Shown here: piece by piece, positions 35,075 through 49,250 of the stretch
How positions within the stretch are numbered: the first letter of the stretch is position 1
Layout: each line of letters opens with the position of its first letter
Source: Bispira polyomma
Taxonomy: Eukaryota
Direction of reading: 5' to 3'
Assembly (NCBI GenBank): GCA_965649765.1
Contig: OZ287748.1
Coordinates: forward strand, 32,984,001-33,048,000
Length of the DNA stretch: 64,000 nt
Notes under the pieces: model-generated
The model's database searches: none
Seen by the model: only the letters and a program-made list of their open reading frames with translations
Told to the model about the DNA's origin: nothing
Translations under genes and position numbers: made by a program

Positions 35075-35320
35075 AGGCTACGGCACCTTTCACCATGTGA
35101 AGGGTGAAAGAGAGTTGCGCCCCTTGCCACCGGACGCTACAGGGTGGGTTAACACCCCCGTCTGGTTGCTTTTTCATTAACCAGCTGTTAACCCCCCTAC
35201 CCTTACGACCTTGCTATGCCAATGGACTTTACGATTGGATCACTGATTCTGCTGTTGCGATTTAGAAGATGCCTGGCATCAATAAAGCGCGTTAAAAATG
35301 CATAATAATAATAATAATAC
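35075..35320 (+). mobile_element. retroposon 3' end (LINE 3' UTR-like) with (TAA)n tail
   Basis: Close reverse-complement copies at 53752-53990 and 58486-58610, sharing the 3' end and differing in 5' extent. Confidence 0.85.
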
Positions 35321-35751
35321 TCGTGATCTTTATGAAATTTATGCAAAGCATCTGATACAAATGTGAAAAAAGAAGGAACGAGCTAAATTTTAATATCTAA
35401 TTTCACTCAGAATGAATGTGGGCTCCAAAAACATATACATCACTATTATCAACTTTGAATAAACCATTTATTTTTCTTTAAATTATAAACACCCCCTTAT
35501 TGAAGATGTATTTACATTTAAAGTGAGATAAAAACTCATTTATCACCATGTATCATGGGAGGGGGGGGGGGAAGATGTTTTCCACTTTGTTTGTGAAGGG
35601 AATTATACCTACTTATGTTGGAAATTGAAATTTCATGATTACATTGGATAACTGGATGTGGAGAGGTTTTTATATATGTCTGGCCAATTATAATGTGCTG
35701 ACAAAAAAAACACATTTTATAAAATGTAAAAGAAGCCATATTATTATTGTC

Positions 35752-35783
<32 letters not shown>

Positions 35784-36094
35784 AAAATGTTGTTTCTGGA
35801 AGAGATCAGATTTTGTTTTCACAGAATATGTCTGAAAAGATGATAATTTGAAGGGGGTATGCACCGAAGAAGCCACCAAAGAGCCTATACGTAGTAGGGT
35901 ATTAACAACGGTTGCCGGAATGGGCACACAGTCAGTAGTCGATTAGTTGACATATCCCCCCAGGCTACATGTAATGATGCCTACCAATATCAGTTTTATA
36001 GATTCATACATACCTGTGACACGATTTACTATTTTAGAACAAGATATTGACATTGCAAGTATTATTTAGCACTTATTGAAGATGCGTGATTTTG

Positions 36095-36650
36095 TAGGGG
36101 CCGTTTCGACACCCTAGCCATTTCAAATCGGCTAGGGGGGCCGTTTTGACATCCTCGTATATTTGCATTGGTGCTTACTTGCCGCGACCGTTTTGACACC
36201 CTAAGAATAAATGTTTTAGGTTTATTTTAATATAATCATCACTTCTTTCTTGATTTTGACAAATAAGGTATTATTTTAAAGCCTAAATCACAGAGATTTC
36301 AATATTACATAATTTTTGCTGGTTTATCAAGAAAATCGATGTTAAACCTATGTTAATAACTAGCTAAAAAAATTTAATCTTACATTTTATTAAATTCATT
36401 TTAATTGTGTATATTTTTCGATCCATTAGTTGTACCTATGGCGGATTTCCTTGTGTTGTACACTTTAAAATGATGCCTTATTGGTTAAAATCAAGCAAGA
36501 AATAGTGATTTTATTAGAATAAATCTTAAACAGTATTCTTTGGGTGTCCAAACGGCCACACCAAGTAAGCACTGGGGTTGGGTGTCGAAACGCCACCCCT
36601 TTTAGGTGGTGTCGATAGTAATAGGCGTCTGGTGTCAAAGGGGCGCATAA
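36095..36650. mobile_element. foldback-like non-autonomous DNA element
   Basis: Repeated ccgtttygacaccc at left, inverted gggtgtcsaaacg at right, plus gtgcttactt / aagtaagcac inverted pair; AT-rich core. Confidence 0.7.
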
Positions 36651-37980
36651 CAATATCAATACCAAGTGTTTGTCAGATATACTTGATGTATGGTCGGTGC
36701 TTTACACTGCTTTAGTCGTCGTATTATGACCTAAGAGTCATAACAAACCCAACTAAATTCAAATCAATAACAGTAATTTTGACCTTGACTATGTTGGAAT
36801 TCCTATTTAGAAAAATAACTATGCATGGTTATTGTTGAAAATAGGGTCCATTCTTATTAAGCACATCTGACAAGAACATTTTTAGAGAAATTCTATATAA
36901 TGGAGCATGATATTTAAACTATATCCAATTTTGTTTCCTTACTTGAAATTTGTATTTAAAACAATTAAAGGTCACAAAACCACAACACAGATCTACAGTA
37001 ATATATCACTAATTTGGACTGATTTTAGTATTTCCGGCTTCCTGATTACAGAGTATTTAAAGTAGAAACGAAAATAGTAGATGGGGTTGTAACTATAATT
37101 CATAAAAGTAGTAAACAATTATAACTTAGGTGAATATTCACAGATATTAAAAGGGAATAACTACTAAATAATTTCAAATGCATTTCGAAAGTTGATTCAA
37201 CAAGATAAATGTTCAGAAGCTATTTGTTTAAGGGCCTTACTGTAATGTTTGGTAATGTTTGAGCATCTTAAATTTGACAGGAAATTACCTAGTTCTATAT
37301 TTTTTAAGATGTATAAACGAAAACAGTTCAGACCTGTTTTCATTTATACTGAAATGTCCGGCTATGATTAATGTTTAATTTGATATATTATTTGTAGGGC
37401 CAGCACTTTGCCGGACTTCAGTATAGCGCAAAAGGCGATAAGATAACATATATAACAAAATTAACAGTGGTCTAACTCCAAGTATGCATTATAGTCCTTA
37501 TTCACAAGTACTCAAGTAATAAGGTGGACATAAAAACACACACACACTCAGCCCTTGATAACTTATTTTTCTCATAGTTCGTGAATTTTTGTTGATGTTC
37601 ACATATACATGCTATTAGTACACAAGGAATCATTAATCATGCCCTTCCATTAATTATCTGGAGGAGACTCCTGTATTTTACATTCAGAAGAAAGAAGCCT
37701 AAGCTACCTTAATAAGTGAATGAATGACCCTGCCTTTCATGTTTTGTATACCATATAGCATGTAGCAAATTCACAGGCAATTCATTATAATAAATGTTTT
37801 AAAAATACCTTTCCCTACAGAAACCTAACTAGAATCAAACTTTCTAAAAAAAATATGCTATGTTTCAGCCTCTTTAACTAGGCTATATAACAAAACTTAA
37901 AATAACTGAATTAAAAGACTCTGGACCAGAAAGCTATGTTGAATATGTGTTATTTATTTAACAAAAAAAGACAGTCTTTT

Positions 37981-38325
37981 AACCCTGAATATAACGTATG
38001 AACCCCAAATAGAGTACATGTATATAGAGAGCTCTACTTTTACTGACTAATACATTTCAATATATTAGTATTGTGTATACGAGTAATGTTTAACATTGCA
38101 TATGGTGTATCCAGCTTCCAGCCATCTTACATACATTGCCACAACTACTTACCAGGCGCAGCATGGATTTGTTTTCATTCTGAAAAGGGTGTCACTATCT
38201 TTGAAAATATGTACTGTGGCCTCCATGGATTAGTTGGAAAATATTGACCCGGCCAAACTGAGGGATGTCAGATTTATTGTTATCAGGTACAACCTGGGAC
38301 CTGAGCATATAGTGGCCACATCAAC
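37981..38325 (+). repeat. unclassified interspersed repeat, copy 2
   Basis: accctgaatataacgtatg...cattgcatatggtgtatc...cagccatcttacatacattgccacaactactt shared with 55828-56140. Confidence 0.85.
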
Positions 38326-41300
38326 TGTGTGCATGTGGTTTTTTTTAAAAGAAAACTCTTGTACATTAAAAATCCGTCATTGGTTGAAAATTTTATCTGT
38401 TTGCCCATCATATGTTCAAAGATATGACTTTTTGGTTCTAACTTGTAATCTGGACAATAAACAACTGAATAAACATTTAGAGTTATATTTTATCTGGAGT
38501 CCATTTTGAGATATGGATAAGCTATATATTCCACCTGAAGATAATCAGTGTAACCGTCAACCTTAAACCTTAACCCGGCCTAGCTTATCTTAAGATTGAA
38601 CAACCAACATGGCTAAACATGTTTGGGGGACAGAATGCAGTCTTAATAAATACCTTAGACTAGTTTGGTGGAGAGTAAAATTATGGAAAGTTTTTATTAA
38701 TTTTTGGGAAGGTACATTTAATCCTTTTTGGAACAACACATCTATTTACATTTTACTAAGTCCCAGGAACCATATCACCAGATGGTAACATGTTACATCA
38801 TGAGTTTCCCCAAAAAACAACCAAGAATAGAAGACAGAAACTCATTTTGAGTCTGTTTAAAGATTCCATTCTTTTAAAAACTCATTAATTTCCTGCCTCC
38901 TTGTCGTGAAATGACATTAGCAGGGTGTGTAACATAAAACAGAAGCCCCCCTACCACCACTACTAAACTGCCATAACAACCCACGTAAGACCTGCCCTAA
39001 TGTGAATGACGAGGGCTGGCTAACCATTCTGGCGGCTCAATTTGTCATAAACCCCCCTTTTATACTGGAGAAAAAAGTTCACCACACCCTCGAGGCTGAG
39101 TCAGAAGTGTAAATCATCTTCAGTATACATGATCTCAAATGGTGTTTTGTTAGATTTAATATGGAATAGAATGGTACTTGTAATTAGGTGTATTGTATTA
39201 CACCATAGGTATTATTGTTAGTGTTATTACTATACTTGTTAGCCCTTATGTTTTGTTATTTCAAATTCTAAAGGTACTAGCTTTTATGATAACCAGAATC
39301 CAAAAAATCATAATTGATTAAACAGAAAAAGAGGTCTACATCAAAATATTAACTGATATACCTGGGCCACAGCTATGGAGGGAATGCATCATATTTTAAA
39401 TCGGTAGCAGAACAGTGAGAAGGAATGTAATACCCAGGTCTCATTGTCATCACGAACGTACCATGAATTGTACCTACTGTAGTGATCAATGACAGTAGGT
39501 TTCAACTTCAACTTTGTATACCTCTTGATTAGTTATGGAACGTTTCTTGTCAGTAGCAGGTTGTGTTAGCTCGTGGTGGTTTGTTTTGCATTAGTTACAA
39601 TTAGTAGCAGTTAGTGAAATTTCGTTACACATAGTGATGTATCAGTTGGTGTTTGTTATTGTCCATTATGTCATTGTTTATCATTAGTGGGTGTTAGTGA
39701 AGGTACCTTTCATTTCTGCGGTACGGCCATCACAGTTTTGTTCTCAACTATCTCACCTCAACTACGTCTGGGGAGAGGATTTTTGGAAGATGAGGGGGGA
39801 GATGGGGTGAAGCGTTTGTCATGTAACACTAGATACATGGCGTAACTGCCCGCTACAAAGGGTCATGGATGCACGTCTGAATGAGACCAAGCCTTTAGGT
39901 AGGAGCTGTCTTGATGTAAAGAGGTTAACTATTTCACAGACTATGACCATCATATCATGGATCCTTTCTATTTGCTAGGTGTTTTGATAACCAGTGTAGC
40001 AGCCCTTTCTGTACCACCACTAAAGGGTATACACCTTAGTAGGACAATACCTATTAATGTTAGGAGAGCTTTGTGGAACTGGAACCTTCAGTCTTACCAC
40101 AATATACATGTAGCTTCAGACCAACATACACTCTTCCCCAGTTTAAAAATAGTTCATGTTTATTCTCTATTACAGTGTCCTCAATAACTGACAACGAATT
40201 TTCTAACATAAGGACATAGGATATTAGCTGCTTTATCAAAGGATATGATTTTAAGATAGAGAGGAAATTAAAAGACTAGGCATAAGAGGAAAAGTGGTAA
40301 TGGCAGCTAAATCGTGTAAGCAGCCTTGGGGCTTGTGGTAACCAGATTGCTCAGAGATGCTTGATCTTGCTAAAGGCTCGACTCTGTGACAGGATATATC
40401 CTCATATTTGTAACCATATACAGTTATCTCTCCAATTTCAGCTACTATTCAACTGTGTCCATTGGTTGTTTCTTTGTCACCAGGATTCCACAATAACTAC
40501 TTAACAAAACATACTTAATATAAGAAAAATTTCCATGTTTTATTATTGTGGGGCTTCGGCGGGGTGTTCTAGAGTGTCAATCTTGTTTTATGGAAAATAG
40601 CACTGATATTGTGAATCAAGAGAAGTTTAATCATTTCGACTGGTATGTCTAATCGATCATTCTCAGACTTTTCAGAGCACCTAAGCTACCTTTTAAAAAA
40701 ATTTGAGGCACAGAAAAATATATGTGTACAACCTGTGTTATGTTACATACATCTGTAAATATCCATGTTTGTATACACGTCATTACAGTTATAAACCTCG
40801 TTCGGATAAAAAGCCAGTGCAACCCATACCTTCATACACCTATTTTAGTACATCTTGGGGAACTAAATAACGACTGGAACACTGCAATAATGAAATATTT
40901 GCAGCAGCCAAAACATTCCAAACATTTGACATTTCTCTGTTGAGTAAATGGGATTTGATCTGATCCCAGTGGACACGTGGGTTGAATAGCAAGTTATTAC
41001 TGTCTTTAGAGACTGGTAAAGTATAGTTATTATACAGTACAATGTCCACACTAAAACCCCAGATTTGCTGTCATGTTGTAGGATGATTGGAGTGGCCCAT
41101 CCACCAGTAGCATATCCAGTATGTGATTAACTGGCTTTTAAGAAAATGAACTCCTCACTTAATGGACTTTTGTCAGAACAGTCTCTAGCTGTTTGGAACA
41201 CTAAACACATCTGCACACCAAAACTTTTTATTTATTTTAATGTATTTTAAAAGTGGTGATTTAATATTTATTCTATTACAAACTGTATACATTTCTTTGT

Positions 41301-43022
41301 CTCCTATTTATTATGAATACCACCTGTTATAAAATACTAGAAAATGTTTTTGGGTGTGTTGTTTTTTTTAACAACAAATTTGGTCACAAGTTTTTGTGGT
41401 AGCTAATCCCTTGGCTTCTAGCCTTCAGACAGACAGGGTTAACACTGGGATACGACGGGATAGATCAATGAATGGAAATTCCTTCCCCTCCTCCCCCTCC
41501 CCATCTCCCAAACCAATCCTATTTAATCACATCTCAGTCAGTGTGTGGAATGTGGGCTTGTCTGGCAAGTCAAGTCACAAATTTACTCAAATTCCTAAGT
41601 CCTAATGTCATCATATTAAGGTTACCTTACATATCTTAAACTTCCTACATAATAGTCATGCACAAACTGAACCACCTAGACAGATCAATTTAGTTTTAGT
41701 TCATTATAGTAATCAATATTCTAGTACAAATACCACAATCCCTACTTCATTTCCTAATTGATTCACTTTTTCAAAAGTATCTTTACATACATTAAGGTGA
41801 ACTTAGCTTCAGGGTAAAATTCTACACATACAAATGTAGTCCCCATGAGATTCACACAATGTGTACTTGACGTGGGGGTGGTGGGGGAGGAGGGGGAAAG
41901 GGGAAGGCCATTGTGAGTCAAAGTCTAAGATTTATTAAAATGTCGGAGAAATGACAGAAATAGGGAGAGATCACAAACCCCTATTGGTGACTGTAATACA
42001 TCACTGCTAGCCTTTCCTTATGCCAGTCGAAATTCTCTGTGAATCTTTTTTTTTTTTGGGGGGGGGGGGGGGGGAGGGGGGGGGGCATCCAATATTCATA
42101 ACTTGATCAAAACCAAACCTGTCTTTGCCCTTCATTGTATATTAAGCAGTTTTACCTTTTCCCACTAAATTCAGTACAAATACTGTATATCTTGAAATTT
42201 TAACTGAAAGAAAATTTCACTCTTTTACAATTTTTGATAAGTACGTTGGAATTAATTTTTACTATTTTTCATTTTTAACATAAAACTACCAATATAAGTT
42301 TAAATGTTCAATGGGAATTAATCACTATCCCACTTCATTAGCTAAAACTGGCCTTAAACTTTATTAACAGTAACAACTTCCACTTATGCAGAGTACAGAT
42401 ACAAGAGTCATCAATTATTCACCAGTATTGAGCTCAAGATGTTTCCCAGAAGTTATCAATCCCCTACCCACATTCCTCTTTAGTCTAAATATGACTTATA
42501 TTACTAGGTAAACTCATTGACATTATGTGAAAGTCTGTGTACAAACCCTGACTGGAATGTTTGGATTATGGCAAAAAAATAGAAGAGGGTATCTCTTTAC
42601 AAAGGATCAGGTTAAAGCAGAAAGCAAACTTTGTATTGACTTTTTGGAGGAGAGGGTAGAATTAAGTAATGGACACCCTACATCCGGGTTTTTCATCAGC
42701 TTTTGTTAACTTTGCAAGGACACTGAAGTCATCATAGATTTAATGTTGGTATTTAATACGACCAGAAATTAATAATTCTCCAAAATAAAAGCTAACCAAT
42801 ATTTTAGAAAAAAAGCTAACCAAAAACAGAGCTTGTAGATAGTCAATTTAAATGTCAGTAAACCTTTTACATATGACAGAATGCAAAATCATCTGTTGCC
42901 TTTACTTCTATAAAAAATCAAAAAAATTGCAATGACTACACTTAAGTGCATAAATATTTAACAGTGTATCCTTATGCAGTTGTGGCTGCTTTGTTGCTAC
43001 AATAATGTTTTTTCACCAGTAT

Positions 43023-43288
43023 GAATTTTTTTTTTTTTTTAATTTGGATATTTAACGTCCACTCTAGTACCTGTTTAGGCTATATTGGGACGGGTAGTTG
43101 GAAACGCTGGAGGAAACACTGCATACAGTTGGTCAAGATTCTGCACTGAAACCAGCGGCCCACAGTAAGAAATTACCACCTTTCCCACATAGGCATCAAC
43201 AGGAGTCAAACTCACTCCGCCCAGGGGTGAGAGACCACTGATTGTGAAGTGCAATGCTTGCTAACCACTAGGCCACCGCGGCCCCCTC
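43023..43288 (-). mobile_element. tRNA-derived SINE, copy 3
   Basis: Same family as 4250 and 15672; poly-A tail; 12-bp TSD tttcaccagtat (43011-43022 and 43289-43300). Confidence 0.93.
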
Positions 43289-43414
43289 TTTCACCAGTAT
43301 ATAACTCTATCACCTGTCTGTAACTGGTGTGCTTTAACTGTCAACTCTGGTGCTTATTTATTAGTTTTGTAATAAGTAACTTACATAATCAATTCTTGTG
43401 TGGAACTCACTAGT

Positions 43415-43436
43415 GTTGCTTGGCAACGTGACGTCA
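43415..43436. promoter_or_regulatory. RFX X-box-like palindrome adjacent to a perfect CRE
   Basis: GTTGCTTGGCAAC-G-TGACGTCA. Confidence 0.35.
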
Positions 43437-45529
43437 ATTGTAAATTGTTGACTACACTGTAATGTCCTTGTAATCTTAAAATCAACAAAGTCTTGTATAA
43501 GATATGACAGTTATTTTTCTAACACACAGTTCAAAATATCAATTAATTAGAGGCAAATTGATCTATTAACATCAGCTAAAATCACGGTTTGGTATTGATG
43601 CAATACTGAGTTAAGTTCCAAACGTCAATATGCATCACATGATACATTAATAGTTTATTGAAAGATGAACTTAGATTTCGACTGAGATTATTTAACAACA
43701 AGGGGGCATTGTATAAAACTCACGACATATTGTATGTGTATTTACTTGCTTATATATTAACATTAAACATCTAAAGTGGCTAAAGATGTTGATTAAACAT
43801 CTAAATGATCGTGATATTATCTAAAAAAAAACTCTAATTCTCGGGCTAAAGTTACACCGTGAAGATATTTTACTGCAATGTAGGCAATATTCTACAACAA
43901 AAGCCATGCACAATCTCAAAACAATTTTGAGTTTATTTAGAATTTGAATTTGTTACTTACATTACCATTAAATTTAAAAAAAAAATCATATTTACAACAA
44001 CTAGATAAAATAGGTAATCCAATAATTAAATTTGAGTAAAGATAGTTTTATATAATTTAATCACTTAGTAATAGTTGCATAAAACTTAATTACACAATGA
44101 ATTCATTCATAACTGGTGGGCATCTCAAGACAAGTATATGACTGTGTTATAATGAAGCAGACGGCCAACAACCGATAGGCGACAGCCGATAGGTGACATC
44201 TGATTAAATGTTTATATTTTCATAGAGAATAGTGTTTCCATGTACCCAATGCCTGACCGCAAAAAGCAGAACATGAAACTCATATCTTCTTAAAGATGAA
44301 ATGTTTTTAGTTCTAAACAAATTTGGCCATAAAATCAGACACATGAAAACAGCACAATCTCATGTTGTAATAAGAGTATATGTGGAAAGTTTATATGCAA
44401 GAAAGTGTCACTAATTTACAACTTTTGAGGAGTTCACATTACTTAATTAGCTCTATTACTTATTTTTAGTTTGACATCAATGCAAGTTTAAATTGTTAAG
44501 GAGGAATTAATTTTCACTATAGAGTATCAGTATTCAGTAGTCTGTTACATGAAAACATAGGGTAACCTACCTTTATGGTTCTCCTTATCTTTACAGCTTT
44601 AATATTACCACCTCTGGTCAAACTCTATTTACAGGTAAGCATGTGACCACTTTCTTGTCTATGTAAGTGCTTTTACCGAGGTTATTGTCCAAGAGAGATT
44701 ACAAATCCCAACACCTTAATTTTATAAGCAATATATCTAGATTCTGAAAAACTATATATACTTTATGTATCCAAGAGGTAGTACAGTAGTGTTGGCTTAA
44801 ATCCCAACTCCAATTTGATTCTAACTTAGAAATTCTTCCATATTTGTGAAAACAAAACAAAAAAAAACTTTGTATATCTGATTATATCCACAAGAAGACA
44901 TATATACTGTCCAAAACTTACCTGATTACCTTCATATATGTTAGACACTATTAAAAGCTGGTGGTAGACCTTTGTGTACAATATTTATCCTTATATAAAA
45001 CACAGAGTTTGAGTATCCTCTTGAATGACGTTTGTCACAAATGCAAGTGTATCAATAATATTTTCCCCTTGGGTCTCTCCGATAATTACATCTAACCGCA
45101 GAAATTCCCACCCTCCATCAAACACATAAACTCACACACACATACACACACACTTTTGATGCTTTTCCTTTGACACTATCTTTCTTTTAGAAAGGACATG
45201 TTTTTGTCAACCCCCTTCTAAGACTCTCTTGAGTGTATTTTCATTGTCGACACGACTTTGTACAGTCATTTTGTGGCATTTAGTGCTCACCACCCCCACC
45301 CCACCCCCCACTAGCCTTCTCCAAGGCTCTTATAACACTTCTAGATTTGGATATTATTTATCCATTTAGATTTGATTTGATTTTTTTAGAAACGCCAGTC
45401 AGTAAGAAAAGACTTTTATTGGTTCACTCTACCAGTTTAGTTCTCTGTATGTTAAGGCCACTTGAAGTGATTTCATATTCACTTTTAGTTTGGGTTTAAC
45501 TTCGACTTTCAAAAACTGAGTCTTATATT

Positions 45530-45692
45530 GTGACAGGCGGTGTGTGTTGGGGTGGTTGGTAAAGGTGTTCTGCACTGCAATACACCAGTCTTCAGCAAGT
45601 CTTCTGCCAACTGGCCCACAGGGTTAGGGATCGAACCCTGATTTCAGAGGTGGAAGTCAAAGTATGCTACCATTATACAACCGAGGTCTCCC
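45530..45692 (-). mobile_element. degenerate tRNA-derived SINE
   Basis: Minus-strand B box GGTTCGATCCC preceded by ccacctctg; body shares gtgcagaac with the 4250 family. Confidence 0.6.
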
Positions 45693-47372
45693 CCAACAGG
45701 TCTAGCAAACATTGCTATATACAATACTGCACTTCTGTAAGGGGTGAGATATGCAGACTGTACTATAGGTTGGGAATTGCCCCTCTGATTGTTTTAAAAA
45801 TATAATTTGGGCAAATTCGTATTTCAGAATATTGAAGCTGTGAATAGTAGTGTCCTAGGTTTTGTTTGTTTTTCTTATAACCTCATTTATATTCCATTTA
45901 TTTCCATTTCATCTATTTTTATTTATCCTTTCTCACTCTTACCTTACTTTGGTTTTCATATATGATATTTCGCCTTTCATGGGTTTTGATCATGGCAAAT
46001 TCCTTTTTAGTTATCTAACTTTGGTCACCCTTACAATCATCTAGACTTACGTCCGATCATGACCTCTAATTGTATCTTATAACCCACACTTATCTTTCTG
46101 GTTCTGTCTCATGTACTGGCTATCTTAGCTAAGGTTAGCATCTGACTGTTTTGAGTACACTTACTGTACAACACTATTACCAGGTATTGCATTGTATAGA
46201 ATTGTTGTTCAACAAATAAAAGAAGCTTTAGTGGTATGGTGGTAACACACTCATCTCCCATCTCTGGGTTTAAACTCGGCCTTGGCAAATATAAATGACA
46301 AACTTTACACATTAAAACTCATTCTAATTAATGATGTCCTTTATGGAAAATTCATTTTACCCTTTGATTTGATTTTCTACAAATTTAGTCATTATAAAAA
46401 TTACCATTCCATAATGTGTATCCTACCATGTTAGGTAAAAAAACAAATAAACCAGGCATCAGAAATCAAACCCCCTCCATCTCATGACTTTAACTTGATA
46501 TCATCATTGACATATTCTATTTCTCTATATAAAAAAGTATATATCAGTTAAATTACCATGCATGAGGTGTGTAGGTCTACTGTATATTAAAGGTAGAATA
46601 TATATCTCTCCCCATTTTTTTTGGTATCCAATCCTTGTGGGGGTTTTCTGAATAAATGGCGTGATCTAAATTTTCAAAAGGAAATTGTACCCTCTTCAAA
46701 AAGAGTCAATTTATTGACCGAACAGTAGTAACACACACACACATACACTTTGAATGTGTAGTTTTTCTTTTCAGCTACATTTATCTCTGTTCAGTGATAT
46801 TTTCCCTCTATGTAGATTCTATGAGACTCCACAGACCAGAAAATTTAAGAGGTGGAAAAAGAGAAAGACGAAATCTCTGTTTAAAAGAATATCTTTGAAA
46901 AGATGGGGGGTTATTTATATACAGATATACATGTATATATAGAGACGCTTTCGGGAGGGTTTCTTTTCTCATGTGCATTCAGGTGTTTTTGTTTTTTTTA
47001 AAGAAAATGTTACACAGGTTGCAAGTTATCTCTGACCCTTTTACTGACAGATTTACTACTCTGCACGCAAACTTACCGATCAAGTCAAAAAGAAAGTAAC
47101 CCTCGGGCAATGGAGGGGGGGGGAGGAGGGGGGGGTACATTTTTTTTCTTATTCTGTTGGACTTCTATACTTACCAAATATCTTGGAACAATATGTCCAG
47201 TTTTATTGTTCTCAGATAGAACAGTAGTCTTTCTGAGGCTTATTAACTTTGTTAATACATTTGTGGTTGAAAATTTGTTGAAAGAATATTTGTGTGTGCT
47301 TTTTTGTGTTTTTTTTATATGCAGGCATTATACAAAAAATAGAATGTTTTGTGACTGAAATAATAGGGATTA

Positions 47373-47447
47373 AAGTTAAGCAGCGTCGGGCACGGTTAGT
47401 ACTTGGATGGGTGACCGCCTGGGAATACCGTGTGCAGTAGGCTTTTT
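47373..47447 (+). pseudogene. 5S rRNA 3' fragment (last ~70 nt plus T-terminator)
   Basis: aagttaagcagcgtcgggcacggttagtacttggatgggtgaccgcctgggaataccgtgtgcagtaggcttttt: A box, IE and C box of eukaryotic 5S; 5' part missing. Confidence 0.92.
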
Positions 47448-47623
47448 GCACTGTCATTTATCTTATAAATAATATCCCTTTTGCACTGTCAGTCATCTCA
47501 TATTTTACCCCTTCTTATTTATTGAAGAGGAGAATAAAAATATGAAAAAGTGATAGTGGATCATTTTAGCCATGGATTAAAATAAACTGTAGCTTGAAAT
47601 GGTGAATAAAAGGTGCATCCATT

Positions 47624-47650
47624 TCCTACGGCCATACCTCGCTGAATACA
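47624..47650 (+). pseudogene. 5S rRNA 5' fragment (~27 nt)
   Basis: tcctacggccatacctcgctgaataca matches the 5S start GCCTACGGCCATACCACGCTGAATAC. Confidence 0.8.
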
Positions 47651-48714
47651 ATATTTTCCTGCATTACAGATACAAAGAACGTGCAAAAAAGTCCAACTTT
47701 AACTTAATCTTACTAACATGATAAATATGCTACTGTGCATCAATTTAGTTTTAAATAATTTAATTGAATCTAAAATTTATATTTTTTTTATCATGGATTA
47801 TTAACACTAGAAGATATTGAGCGTTAGAAAGGCTAGTGGGATTAGGTAAAGCGTCGTAACCTTGGTAGCAAATAATTGCGGTCTAACGCAATCTTATCTA
47901 CACTAAATGCGTGTGAATGAAAAATACCATGCTTACCCAAGAACTTACAGAGAACACAGAATTACCTAGAGTTAATAAACTACAAACGAGTAGAGTTAAT
48001 TTGTAGCTCAGGCTGACACGTGTATGTGAAGTAACATTTATCAAATCTGCCATGACCTGGAAAACTAATTTGTATATTGTTTGGTATAATAGTTGTTTAA
48101 ACTTATTTACACACAAAAGCAAAAGCAAGATAGAATGTAAGACTATAATCCTGTACAACTTCAATGTGGACGGAAATGGTCAGAGAAGAAATAATGCCTC
48201 TTTATAGCTGATACAATATCACCCCCCCCCCCCCCCCCCCCAGAAAAAAAAAAAGCCACTTTGTAACCACCGAAGGTGTGGTCTCTGTGCTGATATCAAC
48301 AGGAAAGGAATACGATTAGGATTAGAGAAGAAATCATATCACCAGATCTTGTACTTCCACCAAAATAGTCTGTCAGAAAACTTTTAAAACTTGAGGCTAA
48401 TAATAGATATCCATGTATTATCAATTACAGTATGTTCTACAAGTTATAGATAGGATAATACGAGTACTATTGAAAATATTATCTTTTTTCTTGCATAATA
48501 AAACTATTATTATAATTAATGGTTTATACTTGAAAGCACTACAGGGTACCCGTTGAGTGCTTAAAAACTAAATAAGTGAAATACTAAAGCAGTAGAGAAA
48601 CATGTCTAAGAATGCATGAAGTCAGTGCCACATAGGGGTCAACTTGAGAAAGAACAATCCGACACGAAAAGGAAAACTATGGAGGAAAAGCATCATAAAT
48701 AAGATGAGTCAATT

Positions 48715-49250
48715 AATTACTGACAGCTCTAATGTCATGTGGTAGGCTATTCTACAAGGTAGACCCATGGTAGGAAAATACACCGTCAAGGTGACCCTTG
48801 GGCCCATCTATTTTAGGTTTCTATGTAAGGACCTGCAGATATTTATTGTTTGGAGCCCCCATATGTGCCCCCCAGTGTTTGCCAGACATATATAATTCCA
48901 CAAAGGAAGTTGGAAATACGTTGATAACCATGTTAATAAAAAAGAGTAAATAGACCATTTGTCACATAATGTGTTCATTATTTACTATCACAGTACCTCT
49001 TCCAGTATTAGCAAAGTCACCTACAGCACAATTTCGATAATTGGAACCCTGTTTATCCAAAACATCCGGAATAGCCGAAACCATTTGCATCAGCCTTCCT
49101 TGCGTAATGCCTCCCTCATCTATGGTCACATACCCCTGGAGTACTAACCCATTTATGTCCATCAATCTTGGCCTAAATATTTTTGGTCTTAGCATACATA
49201 CTGATTTCCTCTCTTTTGAGGAAGATATTACACCTGCAATGACTTAGATT
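48715..49250 (-). mobile_element. highly decayed LINE ORF2 fragment (CR1/L2 group)
   Basis: Frameshifted motifs KYLG-KIDGH-KW (RT C-terminal) and FSYHGSTL*NSLPHDIRAV (ORF2 end) in correct order. Confidence 0.6.

Noticed and set aside
39740-39880. Exon-like GC-richer block on the minus strand
   Set aside because: Stops in all frames after the acceptor and no recognisable protein; could be UTR or terminal exon but unsupported.
42046-42086. Poly-T/poly-G tract as functional G-quadruplex (also poly-C at 48222)
   Set aside because: Simple homopolymers, common and error-prone in assemblies; no supporting context.
48962-49232. 77-aa minus-strand ORF as a host exon
   Set aside because: Other frames show decayed LINE RT motifs, so it is better explained as a LINE relic.
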